A DNA stretch of 64,000 nucleotides, taken from assembly GCA_013265495.1 (NCBI GenBank), contig MU058645.1, positions 372,001-436,000 of the forward strand, given 5' to 3'. This document shows positions 28,001-41,283 of this stretch, piece after piece; position 1 is the first letter of the stretch, and every line of letters begins with the position of its first letter. The position numbers and the translations under genes are program-made. The notes beneath the pieces were generated by a model. It saw nothing but the letters and a program-made list of their open reading frames with translations. It did no database searches and was not told the origin of the DNA. The DNA comes from Vicugna vicugna. Taxonomy: Eukaryota.

Positions 28001-31000
28001 TCACACTTCTGTACTTTTCAAAGACTGTGGTGTATTGTACTAAGTGTAGTATTTCAACAGTCCAATATAGTGTTCACTCGTGTATAAAATAACGAAGAGC
28101 CTCACTTCACCATCCCCTCAAGTGTGGCTGTATCTTTAACCTTGAATTAATTGAATTTTAGAACTTAATCTGTGTATATTCCGTGAGGCTAATATGAACT
28201 TCATGTCTTCTGTTCAGAGTAGCAGTTTCTTCCGCTGTGCTTTTGGCAGTCTAGCGATAATTACAGACATCTCCTGTAGAAACCTCTGAACTCCTGCCTG
28301 GATTTATAATACTATTCATGTTGCTCCAGAATTCTTTTGAATAGCTTTGTGCCATGATTAACTGGAATAAAGGATGAGTCGCTGTGTAACACACACTGCA
28401 AGAACGAGGCGATATCTTTTCAGGAAGAAGCAGACTCCGTTGCATTATGATTTGGGGATAGCTGTTTGGCCTCTAGCCTCATATCTGATTTCAAAACAAG
28501 AATATTTAACTTACGTCAAAAATCTAAGGCTTCTTTGCTCACAGTTTTTTTTTCCTTGTGAATGACTTAAAAACTGACATAGCTGAATGAACCTCGACAT
28601 AGGAAGTATTGACCCTGATATTTAAAAAAAAACCCATGTTTAACAGTAGATTTACAACCAGCATGACTTAGAATTTTTTAAAAATTATAAAGTAAGCAAA
28701 TTCAGTATGAGTCACTGAGAAAATTTATTCTTTAGTTTCCTTACCTGGAAAAAATTTGTTAGCACTTTTTGTGCAATTCCCAAGGCACTAGGTAGATATT
28801 TTGTCTTAGTGTGAGATGCCAAGATGGATTTTCCATACAAAGTTTGTAGTTTTAATACAGCCTTCTCTTTGAGTACTAGATGGTTTTATTGATATAGCTG
28901 GATTTTTGCTTTTTTCTTTCTAGTGGCAGTGGGTGTGTCATTGTGTATGTTCACAGTGTATTTTAACTCTATAGGGTGTAACCTAGATTCACAAAAAGCC
29001 ACCTAGTCCTTACATCCTCTCAACACACCAAAAGGGAAGAAAACACAAAACTTAAACACCATAGTGAGAACCAGCCAGAAAAAGATGTTAATTATCTTCC
29101 ATGTTCATCCAACTAACTAAAACAGAGTAATTTTAATAAATGTTCTACTCAGAAGGTCCACTGATATTTCTCTCATTCTCTCTTTGTTTTAAAATTGAAT
29201 CACTGTTTCCTTTCAACCGTTTTACTGGCTTAAGTAACATTTCTTGAGAAAAACCTTCGCATGGCCTCGATGCTTCTTCAACTACACCATATAGTATCAT
29301 TGATCTTGGGAACGTCAAAGAGAATGAGAAAAGATTTTATTCTCTCACTGTTCTCAGTTAGATAATTAACATACTCTTAGAAATGAAGTATTCTGGAATT
29401 TTCTGACTTTATTCTGTTTGATCTCTCTCCAAAATGGCTATTAGTCTGGGTTCTTTAACACACACACACTGACTCCTCAAGTTTTCTCTTTTATTTAACC
29501 TACTTTATCTCCTTACTTGCCTTCTTCTTGCTCACCAGCCAAAGACATGCATCTCTCAAGGCTGAATCTGAGTAATTTGTTACCAGTTCTGGTATAATCA
29601 TCCCTTTCCCACTCACTTAAACTGAAACTACTGTCTACTCCCACGGAGTGGGGCCAATTATTTCTCCATTGTATCTTTCATGCATTTTATTTCTTTTTCA
29701 TTTCTATAGCCAATAGCTATACATTTATAGTCTTGTTTGGAGTTCTGGTCATAGAAAGTTGAATATGACATGTTTTTTTCCATCAAACACTCACAGTATG
29801 TTACATAAATCTCAAAACTCCTACTGGTCTCTTCTCTTTTGTAGACACTTTACAGTCATCTACTAAGATAGTTCTACAACTATAAAAAAGAAAAATTCTC
29901 AATGAATACTTACAGTTTACTGAAAAATAAAATTAAGTTCCCTAGTGTACTCTAGTACCTAATGCCTTTCATTAATAGACTTCCAAATTTAGATAACATT
30001 TTGAATAGAGATTCTGTACTTCAAGCATGACATTCTCTAGAAGATCCAGCAGACTACATTGAAATACCTTATCTCCATGTTAGACAGATAGAAAGATACA
30101 TACATACATACATACATACCTTTCTGGACAATAGCCAATTTGCCTTCTGTCACATTTAACTTTTGTTGAGAACTAATTCAAGATTTGCTTTTATTTATAA
30201 ATAGACTTTATTTCCACTAAATATATTGTTGGAAATTTGTCATGCACAAGATACTGACAAAACCATTACTGTATGCAATAGAGTTGGGGTACTAATAAAT
30301 ATTCCTATTAAAATATAAGTATGAAAATACATCATGTGTTTTTACCAAGGCTTGGTAAAAAGAAGTGATTGCCAACCTTTTGACATTATGATATATGTAG
30401 AAAAAATGTTTATAGGATACCTTTGTGTAAACAGAGAACTTTGCACATCAAGGTGACCAGCCTGGAGGCTCCAGCAATCGACTTCACAGTTGGACATCCA
30501 AAGCGTTGAAGGAATCAATACTCATGGCACACGCTACTCCCAGCACTGGTTGGAAAGCTGTGGTGCAGGAGATCCCAAGAGAATCAGTTTCTTTCATCTT
30601 GAGTAGTCATGGAAGTAAGATTTAAATGTCCTTGAAGTAGTTTGGGGTTTTTAGTTTTTTGAATAGCCTAGAAAGAGGAGAAAGCTTCTGGTGTGTAAAC
30701 ATTCAGAGTAAATAAAAAGAAAAGTATCTTTGCCAAGAAGAGAGAACTTTTCCTAATTGGAGAAGATTTGGTTGCTATTTATTCATAACCTGATTGTATC
30801 CAATGCTTTATTTAATATTTTCTTAGAATTTTTATTTTTAACTTTTGGTCTTTAATTTGCATATTAAAATATTGCCTATAGTTAATAGTTAATAGTTTTC
30901 ATTCCTTTTACCTTGTTTACTGCTTTCTCAGCATCTCACTATTAGTGCATTATTGAGTATTTTCTACAATAAGGACTGAGAAGGAAGGAGTGCAGATAAA

Positions 31001-31478
31001 ACATTGAACAAAGACCACAATTGAAATGTTGAACATGGTTTTGGTGAATTTGTACCAAATGATTGGATACACGAATAAATTAATGAATGATAAATGACAA
31101 AAGAATAATATTAAAAACAAGGTTTTCATTTGGAAAAGTCAAGCTTTGCTGAGATAGGAAAAAATATGTATTTCAAAAAGAAAATTCTTGCAAAATGGCA
31201 TGGATCATTTATATGATAAGCCACAGAATAAAAAAAAAGTAACAATGATCTTCTTGCTAAAAGGGAAATAAGAGCTTCACAATGTTACAAGCAATTGGAA
31301 GAGGAAAATAGGAGACAATAGATCTAAGTTTTGGGCCCAGTTTGGACTCCAGAGAAAGGGTCCTGTTCTTCACAGTCTTAAGATTATCAGGTCCAGACTA
31401 CAAAGCAGAGTTGGAAGAAGAGTGTAATATATACACTAATAGAAATATAGACAGACTAATGAAAAATCTAAGCATAGC

Positions 31479-31531
31479 AGGGTAGCTTAGGGTAAGCTTA
31501 GGATAAGCTCAGGATAAGCTCAGGACAGCTT
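31479..31531. repeat. Short tandem repeat, ~11-bp unit AGGATAAGCTY x5
   Basis: agggtagctt agggtaagctt aggataagctc aggataagctc aggacagctt. Confidence 0.85.
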
Positions 31532-32264
31532 ATCACACTTGCCAGCATGTGCGTAGGGAGACTACAAGTCTTCAAAAGAAGTCCTTCATCCTGCATGCCA
31601 CTTAAGCCATAAGAAGAGGCCAGGCTGACAGTGCTGGTAGACTGAAATGGGCCTTGGATGGAAGTCAGGCCAGGACCATGGACAGCAACAGCAGAGTCTT
31701 GGCCTTTACAGAAATGGTAAGCAAGACTTCGGGGACTGCCAGCTTATGACATCCACGAGGATAGTCGGGATGAACATCGCTGCAAGAAAGTCAGCAAGCA
31801 AAAAAGATGGCTCATGGATAAGAGTATACCTTTCCAGATGTAAGAGTAATACACAGATCAACTGGAAATGCATCATTCAGGGATGACTGAAGAATCGGGG
31901 GAAGAGAAGAATTCTGAACTTGATTATTTATCCGGTAGAGCCCAATTTTAAAAGTGGAAAAGTCTGAGTCACCCTGACTTACCATGTTACATTTGTTCAG
32001 CTATTATGTGAAATAGGAGCTCATGAACTGTAGTGAATTCATTTATAAACAAATAAATAAAATTAACTGTATTCACTTGTTTATAACTATAAATCTTAAA
32101 CCAGTTATAATATGAGTCAGATTCCACCTTCTTATGGACAGACTAAGCTCTAGAGAAGACAGGTCAATGGTTTTTAAAACCATTTTTCTCACTGGAGAAA
32201 AATACAGGAGTTATATAATCCAGGTTCAAATCTGAATTCCTCCATTCACTGGCTATGTGGCTTC

Positions 32265-32690
32265 TGTTGAGAATAAATTCTCTATAGGTCTCACATTTCT
32301 GCATGTCTTATGAGCAGAGGCACTGCCTTCTGTGTTCTACACTTTACTTTCAAGGATGTTTATAGAGTGAACAGCCTTGAAAGACAGAGATAATGTCTTC
32401 CTCTGGGGCAAAGGACAGGCATGCTTACTTCCTGTTATAGAAGATTCGGGTTCCCTAAGCTCAGGGTTCCCCTCCTATCATGCTGTCCACTGCATGCAAG
32501 ACAGTCACCTGCTTCTTTTCATTTCACCCTGTTAGAATCGGGGCTTGGGACCTGCTAAACAAATGAAAAAGACTGCTATTCTGGCTAATGCTGCTACTGT
32601 GAGTAACGAGGTCCTTTGTCTCTAACCGAGGAATCCCATGTATTCTGTAGTACCTGTGAAACACGGGAAAAATGATTTTCCAGCAAGCAT
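32265..32690 (+). mobile_element. Solo LTR (ERVL class, MER76/MER77-like) inserted into a MIR
   Basis: TG start TGTTGAGAATAAATTCTCTATAGGTCTCACATTTCTGCATGTCTTATGAGCAGAGGCACTG. MIR core sequence lies on both sides (32200-32262 and 32700-32780). Subfamily named from memory. Confidence 0.7.
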
Positions 32691-32799
32691 GACCCTGACT
32701 CTGATTTTTCTGGTTTGTGAAATGAAGACTGTGCTCTGTTCTTTACAGGACTGCTGTTGAAATGAAAGAAGAGAATGTAAAAATAAAAAATACAATATA

Positions 32800-33030
32800 C
32801 AGATTAAGAGCTTGGATCCTGAAGACTAATAGCCTGGGTTTAAATTCCAGCTCTACTGTTCACCAAGTAAATGGCTTTGGGCAAGATACTTTACGTCTTT
32901 GTGCCTCAAGTTAGTCATAAGTGAGATGTGAGTGGGTTATAATATTACCAACCTCATATTGTTCTGAGTATTAAATGCTCTGAGAGTATTTCCTGGCACA
33001 TGCTATGCACTGTATCAGTGTCTGCTATAA
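32800..33030 (+). mobile_element. MIR SINE
   Basis: GCCTGGGTTTAAATTCCAGCTCTAC...CTTTGGGCAAGATACTTTACGTCTTTGTGCCTCA core. Confidence 0.85.
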
Positions 33031-35257
33031 AGCATTGAACAGAGAAATTTATAGCCAGCTGGTTTGCAATAAGTGGTAAATTAAAGACAGACAAATAGAT
33101 AAATGCATACGTAGATACAGAGATGCACATATATACGTGCATACGTAAATGTTACTGAAATACGGATAATGTTGGTCCAGAAACTAAAGAGAGAACTTCT
33201 GGCCACAGGTGCTTATATAGAGAATTGGCAATGTATGATAAATAGAATTTAGATTTCTATAAAGAAGAGGAAGCATGTGTGGTCCAAATACCAAAAATAC
33301 TCTAGCACAGACACAGAAAACCTTGGAGCAAGAAGGGACAACAGTAGGTTGCGGCTGCTATGCCTTTTCTGTACTCCTTTCATTTCCCGTTCAAAGTAAA
33401 ACACACAGTAGGTGCTAAATAATGTGGCTGGCTAACTAGAAAAGTAAGATCTTTAAATAATTATTGTGTCTGGTGAATCTTTAAGTCAGAATTTAATATG
33501 AATGAATTCAATGTGCATTGATTTTTTGGAAAATCTTCCAACTCTGCTGGCTGGTAAGATGGCCCTTGGTGCAATTTAAGGCCGAAAACAGAGCTTCCAA
33601 CAGCACTTCTTTAAGTGCAAATGCATAATCGCTCTCTCTTCAGTCCACTGAATTCAGATGTTTACTGGGCCCTTTCTCTGTTGCATCGATTTGGCACTAA
33701 CGACGCGCTTCCATCTTAGAGTGAGATCATTTTACTTTTCTCTAGGAGAGCATAATGATAATCTTAGCTTTTTTGTAATCCTTTTCATTTAAAAAAATTC
33801 TTTGCGTCTCTATTTTTTGTTCCAGTCTTATGTTAGGAACATCAGGTGGTAGCCACAATGGAGAAATACATTTTCTAGCAGCTGTGAACATTATCCTAGA
33901 TACATACACTTCCCTAAAGAAATTAAACCATCTGGGTATTTTTCCAGATGCACTGAATTTATTGGGGAAAAAAATAGCATAAGATGCATCTTATTGGAGA
34001 GAAGAGGAAAAAATAAGTCTTTGTAATAAATTGCAAATTGATGGTAAATTTTAACAATCTAGAGTAATTTCACACACTGGGAGAAAATAACTGATTTTTC
34101 ATGTTTGCCCTTCTAATTTGTTTTGCTCATCTGTCTGAAGATTGGAGCAATCTGTGTAATTCTAAAGGAAGTGTTTACAAGTAGTAACTGTCATAATTGT
34201 AGCGGTCTATGCCATCCTGGTCGCATTAGATAGTTTCGTAAGATTGTGCTGCCTTACCTGGCTAATTCCAGCTTTAGAGTTAATGGTGTATATGCATGCC
34301 AGCTTCCTCACCTGGAAGAGCAAGGGCAGAATAACAAGTAAGTATCTTCAAGAAGGAAAATGAAACAGTTAACTGCATCAAAAGTTAGTGCCCCAGACAA
34401 CACTAGCACTTACAAAGCATGTTTCTTGTGTACCCTTGATGTCTTAGATCATAGTTAATGGAATGTATTTTTTGATGCTCAGTACATGTCGTAAATTACA
34501 TGGAATGACATCAAAAGCCTTCACTCTGGTCTTTCACTTTATGCGAGCTTCAGAAACAATGAAGACCTATTGGGCATGAGGAAAATTTGATATTTTTAAA
34601 CCAATTCACCCTGAAATTCCCCTGTGCCATTATGTGTCCTGCCAAAGTTGGCCCAGCCTATTTCTCACACTGTATGGAGTGAAATAAATCTGTGTAATGG
34701 GTCTTCTGGATGGGATCTGCCACACGTGGGGCTACTGAATAGCAGAGACAGGGGAAATGACACTGGGCAGAAAAAAGAAAAAAGAAAACTGTTTCCTCTC
34801 ATTTGGAGCTTTATTGGCATTTGGGCAAGATAAATTTTTTTAGTGTGAGGCACTGAGCACTGTTATGAACATTCAGAAATGACAGCTTTTCTGACCCTCA
34901 TCACTACAGGGCAGCAGTGCCTCTCAGGCTCTGTGACAGGAAGAGGGTGCACTCTTTTATTTCTAACCCTTTCCCTGTGCAAGTTGACCATGTCGTAGTT
35001 GGTTGAGAATCCCTGGGCCTTGGCTGATTCGACCTCCCAGCACCAAGAGCCATTCCTTACAGCATTTGCAGCTGTAGCCTAGAGAACAGAAAGAAGATGG
35101 CTTTTCTTTCAAAAGCTAGATTGGATCATGGCTACAAGGATTCAGTCTATCTTGACATTTACAACATCCTTATTTCTTCAAAAATATGATTTTTTTAAGT
35201 TAAAAAGGGTACCCTACCATTTTAAAGCAAGATTCTAAACCATGTACTTCACGCTTA

Positions 35258-36965
35258 CAGCCAACTATATAATTTGCAAGGCTTAGGGCAATCTGAAAAC
35301 CTGAGGCTTCTTGTTTAAAAAGCAGGGTTAAAAGTGCAATTAAAGGTTTTAAAATGTAAAAAAAAAAATTCCTTTAAAAATTGTATTACTTACAAAACAT
35401 AATAGAGTAAGAGTGATGCATGAATATAAATTGTAAAAGAAATATTTCCGTGTTATAATTTATGTAATACAAAAATGCTTTATTAACGTGACACCTTAAT
35501 TGATCATAAGACTTTTCTGGCTCCCTTTTCTGCAGACGCATTTAGCAGATCATCAGGGTGTATAGTCTTGGCAATGTCATGAAGACTCCAGCCAACTGCT
35601 ACTTTCATCACCATGGTTTTACAAGGCCTTTAAAGAAATTGGATATCGGACAGGTAATTTGTATCAATGAATTACAGGGTATGCAAGATAGAACTTGATA
35701 TCATGACGGCCCTGCCTCTCATTTTGTTTCCTTTTTTTTTTTTTAACTATATTATCCAAGTAGAAATTTGGGAGCCACCTTCTAAATGCTGCGCAGGTAT
35801 GAGCAGAGGAGCTCAACAGCTGAAAATCTATTTGAGGAAGATCTTTCACTCTTAATTGAAAGCAACATTAGTAGCTTTTGGCAAATGTTAAATTACAAAT
35901 CACCATCAAAAGTCTTAAATTTTAAGAAGTTAATGGACCTATCACTGGAGTTGTTAAGAATATTTCATAGGCTGTGACAACGTTAGTACACATCTCTGAT
36001 GAATCATTTTAAAGTACAAATTTTAGTTCTTCCAGGGCTGATGATTCTCACAGAACAGTTTTGCTAAAAAGTTAAATCTTCATGCAAATCAATTTCATGT
36101 AAGTTTAATCTTACAGTGAATTTATGCAATGGAATTCTGATATTCCTTCAGACATTTTCTGCAACTTGTTCTACAACGTGTGACTTCATGAATTGCATAT
36201 AATTAAAAATGCCTTTTATCCTTTCTATTGGTCTATCTTCAATTAAAAGTAAAGTTATATTCTTCATTAATAACTGGTCCATCCAAAGTGTCATAGGAAA
36301 AGTGTTAATTTCCATCGAATGCAACAATCCTTAAATTTAATTTGTATTTCTAAGCCTATGTATGTTTGCTTTCCAAAGTTGTACCAGTTTTTGAAACCAG
36401 AGATCCTGAATTCCTTGAATTCTAACAACTCCTTAATATACTTTAATTAAAGCATCCATGTTTACACTTTTTTCTTTTTTATTGAGATAAAATTCAGACC
36501 ATAAAATTAACACCTTTAAATTGTGTAATTTGATGTTTCTTAGTATATTTTCAAGGTTTTAAAGCCATCATCACTGTCTAATTCCAGAACCTGATGTATC
36601 TAAGTACAAAATATGACTAGATTAGAAAGTGTTTTCAAGACGTTATTGCTATTGCTACGCAGGTGAAACAATCCATGTTCTACTCCTACAAGACATCGGT
36701 TTGGAAATTGTATCACACGTTTTATTTAGCTTCTCAATTGTGTTACTTGTTTGATTCATTTTCATGGGTATCTGTGTCTCTGTAGCCAAAATGATCAGAG
36801 ATAGCCCTCGGTTTGGTTGTTACAGCTGTTTTAAGAGGCAATTTGGATCACTGTTGAGTCAATGTAATTGCTTGTAAGAAACTTACAAACATTCCAGAAA
36901 ACACAGAAAAATCCCACTATGGATTATCTGAAGATTGTCCTGGACCACTGCCACTGCAGGAGCTC
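35258..36965 (-). mobile_element. hAT-Tip100 (Zaphod-like) DNA transposon fossil with transposase C-terminus, interrupted by an L1 scrap at ~36465-36590
   Basis: Minus strand reads SEMCTNVVTAYEIFLTTPVI (~36000-35940), SERS (~35850) and DIAKTIHPDDLLNASAEKGARKVL* (~35578-35504), matching the hAT dimerisation domain consensus YPN...AY.I.LT.PVT.AS.ERSFS ... ID.DD.I..FA.KKARK. Confidence 0.8.
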
Positions 36966-38152
36966 TTGAGTGTATCTGCTACAGCCAGATGTTTGTGTTT
37001 TCATAGCATTACACTCTGGGAAGCACTGAGAGAGAAGGCGATGACTAGATGGGGCAGGAGCAGAGCCCTAGGCGTTAATAAAGCCAACACACATTTCGAT
37101 AGATCACAAGACCTTTTGAATCAAACATTTTTCAAAACCATTTGCAAAGCTGAGTTAATGGCCTTCACATCTTCCTTGTTTTTCTAGGAAAGGAAATATA
37201 ATTTAATGACATCTTTGGGGTTTGCTTTGTCTTCTATAAATCCAAATCCTACAGGTTATACTATCAGAGAAGCTTTTCTGAGCTTATAGAGTCATTAAGC
37301 AAGTAAGAACCTGTTTTTTTCTGAACAAAAATTTAAATTTCTTAAAGACAGAAACATGCTCTGACCAAGAACATACATCTACTGCACTATTTGATGAGTT
37401 CCTTTTTCTTCAGGAATCCAAAGTCTAGTTTTGCTTTTATCTAACAAATCATATAATGTATGAAAGAATAAACGGGCTCATTGTTGATTAGAAAATTAAA
37501 TAGGTAGGTAGGTAGATAAACTGATTTAAAATGATAAAGTATGTTTGCACCAGTAGGGGGAGCAGAGGGGTCCTCTTGATCACTCCATGAGGTTAAATCC
37601 AGAAATCCACGCAAAGGATACTGAAGGTTTTGCAGCGTTCCTAGGCCAGTATGGGGTACGACTGAGAAGTGGTCTGCAGTAAGTGCCTCAGGTTTGGGCA
37701 TCACAGGCCCGTTTTGGTACGTCTTCAGTCTACATGAATAGCATGTGCAAATAATAGCAATAAATTAGATTGACTTCCGTGTGATAGAAAAAACGCAGGC
37801 TCTCCTTGGGAAATGGGGTACTTGATTTCTAGGGATGCAGTTTATAGTTAGGGGTAAAATTAATAAGGTCTATTCTGTGATCCCAGAGCCCCACAGCTAG
37901 AAGGGAAACTGACAGGTAAAAGTTTTGGTTATCACAAGACAAAAGAAAGGCCAAATGTTGGAATGAAGAGAAAGAAGGCAATTTTGAACTGAGAAAACCC
38001 AGCATGGCTTTATAATGAAAAGAAATTTTGAAATGATCCCTGAAAAAAGAATACAATTTTAATATGTAGAGAGAAAAATGGGGATTCTGGGGTTGAGGAA
38101 ATTTTGTGAATAGACACAAAGCAGTATGGATATATGTTTGCAGACGTTGGAA

Positions 38153-38388
38153 TCGGGTTCAGTACTTTTTTTTTCTGTAAAGCGTCACACAGTAAATTTT
38201 TTAGGCTCTGATGGCCACTTTTTGGGGTTTTGCTTTGCCTTCTATAAATCCTACCAGCGATCCCTGGTACAGCTACTCTCCTCTGCAGTAGTAACGGGAA
38301 AGCAGCCAGACAATACACAGGTGACGGTGTGACTGTTCCAAAAAGACTTTATAAAACAGATGTCACATAGCCATAGTTTGCTATCTAT
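38153..38388. mobile_element. MER58A-like hAT-Charlie element carrying a ~37-bp foreign insert
   Basis: TTTTCTGTAAAG...GTAAATTTTTTAGGCT...GTGTGACTGTTCCAAAAAGACTTTAT...GCCATAGTTTGC. Confidence 0.8.
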
Positions 38389-39114
38389 AAACTCCATGAG
38401 GACAGTGATTTTTGTCTGTTCTGTTCTCTAATTTATTCCAACACCTAGACAGTGCCTGACTTATAGGGCATGGTCAATAAACTTTTTTACTGAGATAAAA
38501 TTGACATATAACATTATATTAGTTTCCAGCATGCAACATAATGCTTAGATATTTGTATACATTGTGAAATGATCACCACAATAAGTCTAGTCAACTCTTG
38601 TTAACTGATGAGGAAACAGAGCATGAAGATGGACAGATAAAGTGGGACCACATCTAGGAACCCCTGACTGTCATCCTGAGACGGGGTTTTGTCTCACACA
38701 AAACCACCAAAGGTTTTCTACAGCGTGATTACTGTCTGCATTTCAGGATGGCTTCTGGCAGATAAGTTTGATGGATTGAAGAGCAAAGATGTTTGAATCA
38801 GAAGGATAGGCTGGCATATCATAATTCATGCAAGAGAGAAGAGATTCTTAACCAGGACCTGGGGTGTTGGACATAGTAAAACATAGATTTTAGAGACTTC
38901 ACCTGTAGGGCTCAGCCCTGTGCTTAAGATTCAAAGACAAAATTTAGGATGACTCTTGGCAACTAGGAGGAGCATGGCTGGTCCATTCTGTAACTCACAG
39001 GAGCCAGAATACTTTCAGGAAAGAGCAAAAAAAAGTCAATTGTAGGTGGAAATGATATATCCACTTGTAAATGTCATGTCCAGTAGGTTATCAGAAAGCT
39101 GGTTTATTTAAAAG

Positions 39115-39472
39115 TTCACTTGTATGTGGAATCTTAAAAAAAAAGACACTATGAACTCACCTACAAAACAGAAACAGACTCGCAGACAGTAAACAATCTT
39201 CTGGTTACCAGGGAAAGGAGGTGGGAAGGGATAAATTTGAGAGTTTGAGACTTACAAATGTTACCCATTATATATAAAAATAGATTTAAAAAACTTTCTT
39301 CTGTAGAGCTCAGGGAAAGACGTTCAACATCTTATAATAACCTTTAATAAAAAAATATAAAAACAAATGTATGTATGTGTATGCATGACTGGGACATTGT
39401 GCTGCACACCAGGAATGGACACATTGTAACTGACTGTACTTTAATAAAAAATAAATAAAATTTTTAAAAAAG
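39115..39472 (+). mobile_element. 5'-truncated lineage-specific LINE-1 3' end (camelid/cetartiodactyl type)
   Basis: CACTTGTATGTGGAATCTTAAAAAAA...ACAGAAACAGACTC...GGGATAAATTTGAGAGTTTGAG...GCATGACTGGGACATTGTGCTG... followed by AATAAA and an A-rich tail. Confidence 0.9.
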
Positions 39473-40679
39473 TTTCTCTTTTAAGAATTAAATTTAACAG
39501 ACTTTCTCATATGATATCAGTGAGTTCTTCTGCCCATAGTGGACACCCTTGTAAGGCATGTAGTGGGTGGTTCTCAAACTTCTATTTAGGTAACCTGGGT
39601 CCACAAGAAACCAAACAAAATAAAAGTCAGGGACCTCCACTGAAATCACTTCTATCTTGCATACATTGTGAGTTACCCAATGACCTGTGGGACATCTGAC
39701 TTATTACAAAGCCTTCAGAAAACAGCAGTGATAAAAGTAGTCATTGGCTGGAGTTTCCATGAAATTACATTTATGAAGCAGGACATGTTTGACATCTGAG
39801 GTCATGAGTGGAACAAAAATAAAATTTTAAGGTCTTTACCATATGGATCACTAGTGCAGAGGCTAATGACACATGTCACTGAGACGTGCCTCCAGCCCAA
39901 TAAGGAGTCCTCAGGGGACCGAAAGTACATGTAGTTGCAATTTTATTGATGATTCTATTTCTGAAACGTTGTTCTCTGTCATCACAATTGCAAGAAGAAA
40001 CACTGACGAGAACCACAACACAATTAGGTCAGAAATTAAGGAATGCATTTGGACTTAGAGAAGTCAAAGGGTAACTTAGAAGGGGATCTCAGGTTCACCG
40101 CCCCTGATTCCTCCAGAGGGCCACAGGCTAGGGTTCACAGTTATTGGCTCCTTTCTTTAGATTTTCATCATCAAAATGTTGTCCTTAATATTCTATTTTC
40201 TAGAGAAAAACTACAAAATCAAATCATTACTGGGGCCACAAAGATACTATCAATGTGGCCAGGGTGGGCCAGAAGTAACGAAGTGGTGTTGGAGGTCAGA
40301 GTGAGAAACACAAGTCCGTGTGAAAGACTGAGGGATGGGAGACTGCGGTTCCGTTCCAGCTGAATGTGGCTTTGTATCCCTGCCTTTCACGGTTTTTATG
40401 CAAGGCAAGACAAATGTGTGCTTTATCTGAAATCTATGAATGTTTCAATGTTGTCAGTTAATTATCGTTTCCATGTGTTGGGTCAAAAAAGAAAATAACG
40501 ATATGTCCCCAGTTTGCTGTCTCCTGTTTTGAGTCATTTTCTTGTGAGAAACCCTTGATGAATCGTTCAATGATTGATCACCACTAGCTACTGTTTTGAG
40601 CAAATGTGTTTATAAAAATTTAATAGGACTTGATTCAGAGGAGAACAGAAAACTGCTATGAGAAGTAAAGAACAGAGAA

Positions 40680-41075
40680 TTATTAGGATCGCTAACACTT
40701 TCATTGAATTAACTATGTGTTATTTGTTTAAAGACCTTTAGATATAGCAACATATTTAATCCTCAGAACAGCCTTGCTAGTAGAGGACTATTTGACGAAG
40801 AAATTGAAGCACAGAGAGATTATGTAACTTACACAGCTGGACAGTGGCCGCCCTGCAGCTGACTGCCAACTGAGTAAGTTCAATTTCTGCGCTCCAGCCA
40901 TGGTACAGCCTCACATATTCATACTGAGATGGCAGAAAGTCACTCCGCCTGTCTGATCTTAGTTCTCTTATTGCTAAAATGGGAATCTACAACTATCTAC
41001 ACCATGTGGTTGTTGTGAGGATAAAGTAGATTATACAAATGAGTTTCCTTTACATTACCACGTGTTACTTAAACA
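40680..41075. mobile_element. Two adjacent MIR fragments
   Basis: ATTTAATCCTCAGAACAGCCTT...GAAATTGAAGCACAGAGAG and AAAATGGGAAT...GGTTGTTGTGAGGATAAA cores. Confidence 0.75.
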
Positions 41076-41128
41076 TACATTTTTATGAACCATTTGGTAC
41101 AAGGTTCTTAGCATTGCTCAGACCATAC

Positions 41129-41283
41129 TCTCTGTCATCATGCTTTATTAAAACAGCTGGGATCATCTCTGTAATTCTGCAGCCGAAGCATGGCTTGACA
41201 GTTTGGTGAGTGGTCATTCGGTGTTCGACTTGATCTTCTTGCTCTGCTGGCATCCGTAGACTACTGAATGTTTTAAAGAGGTG
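41129..41283 (-). pseudogene. Fossil exon: putative cytoplasmic tail
   Basis: Acceptor ttccctgcatattcag, donor gtatgg. Across frameshifts it reads TSLKHSVVY / PAEQEDQVE / NYRDDPSCFNKA[Y]DDRE, an acidic patch plus an FxNxxY-like sorting motif. The Tyr requires restoring a 2-nt deletion. Confidence 0.45.
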
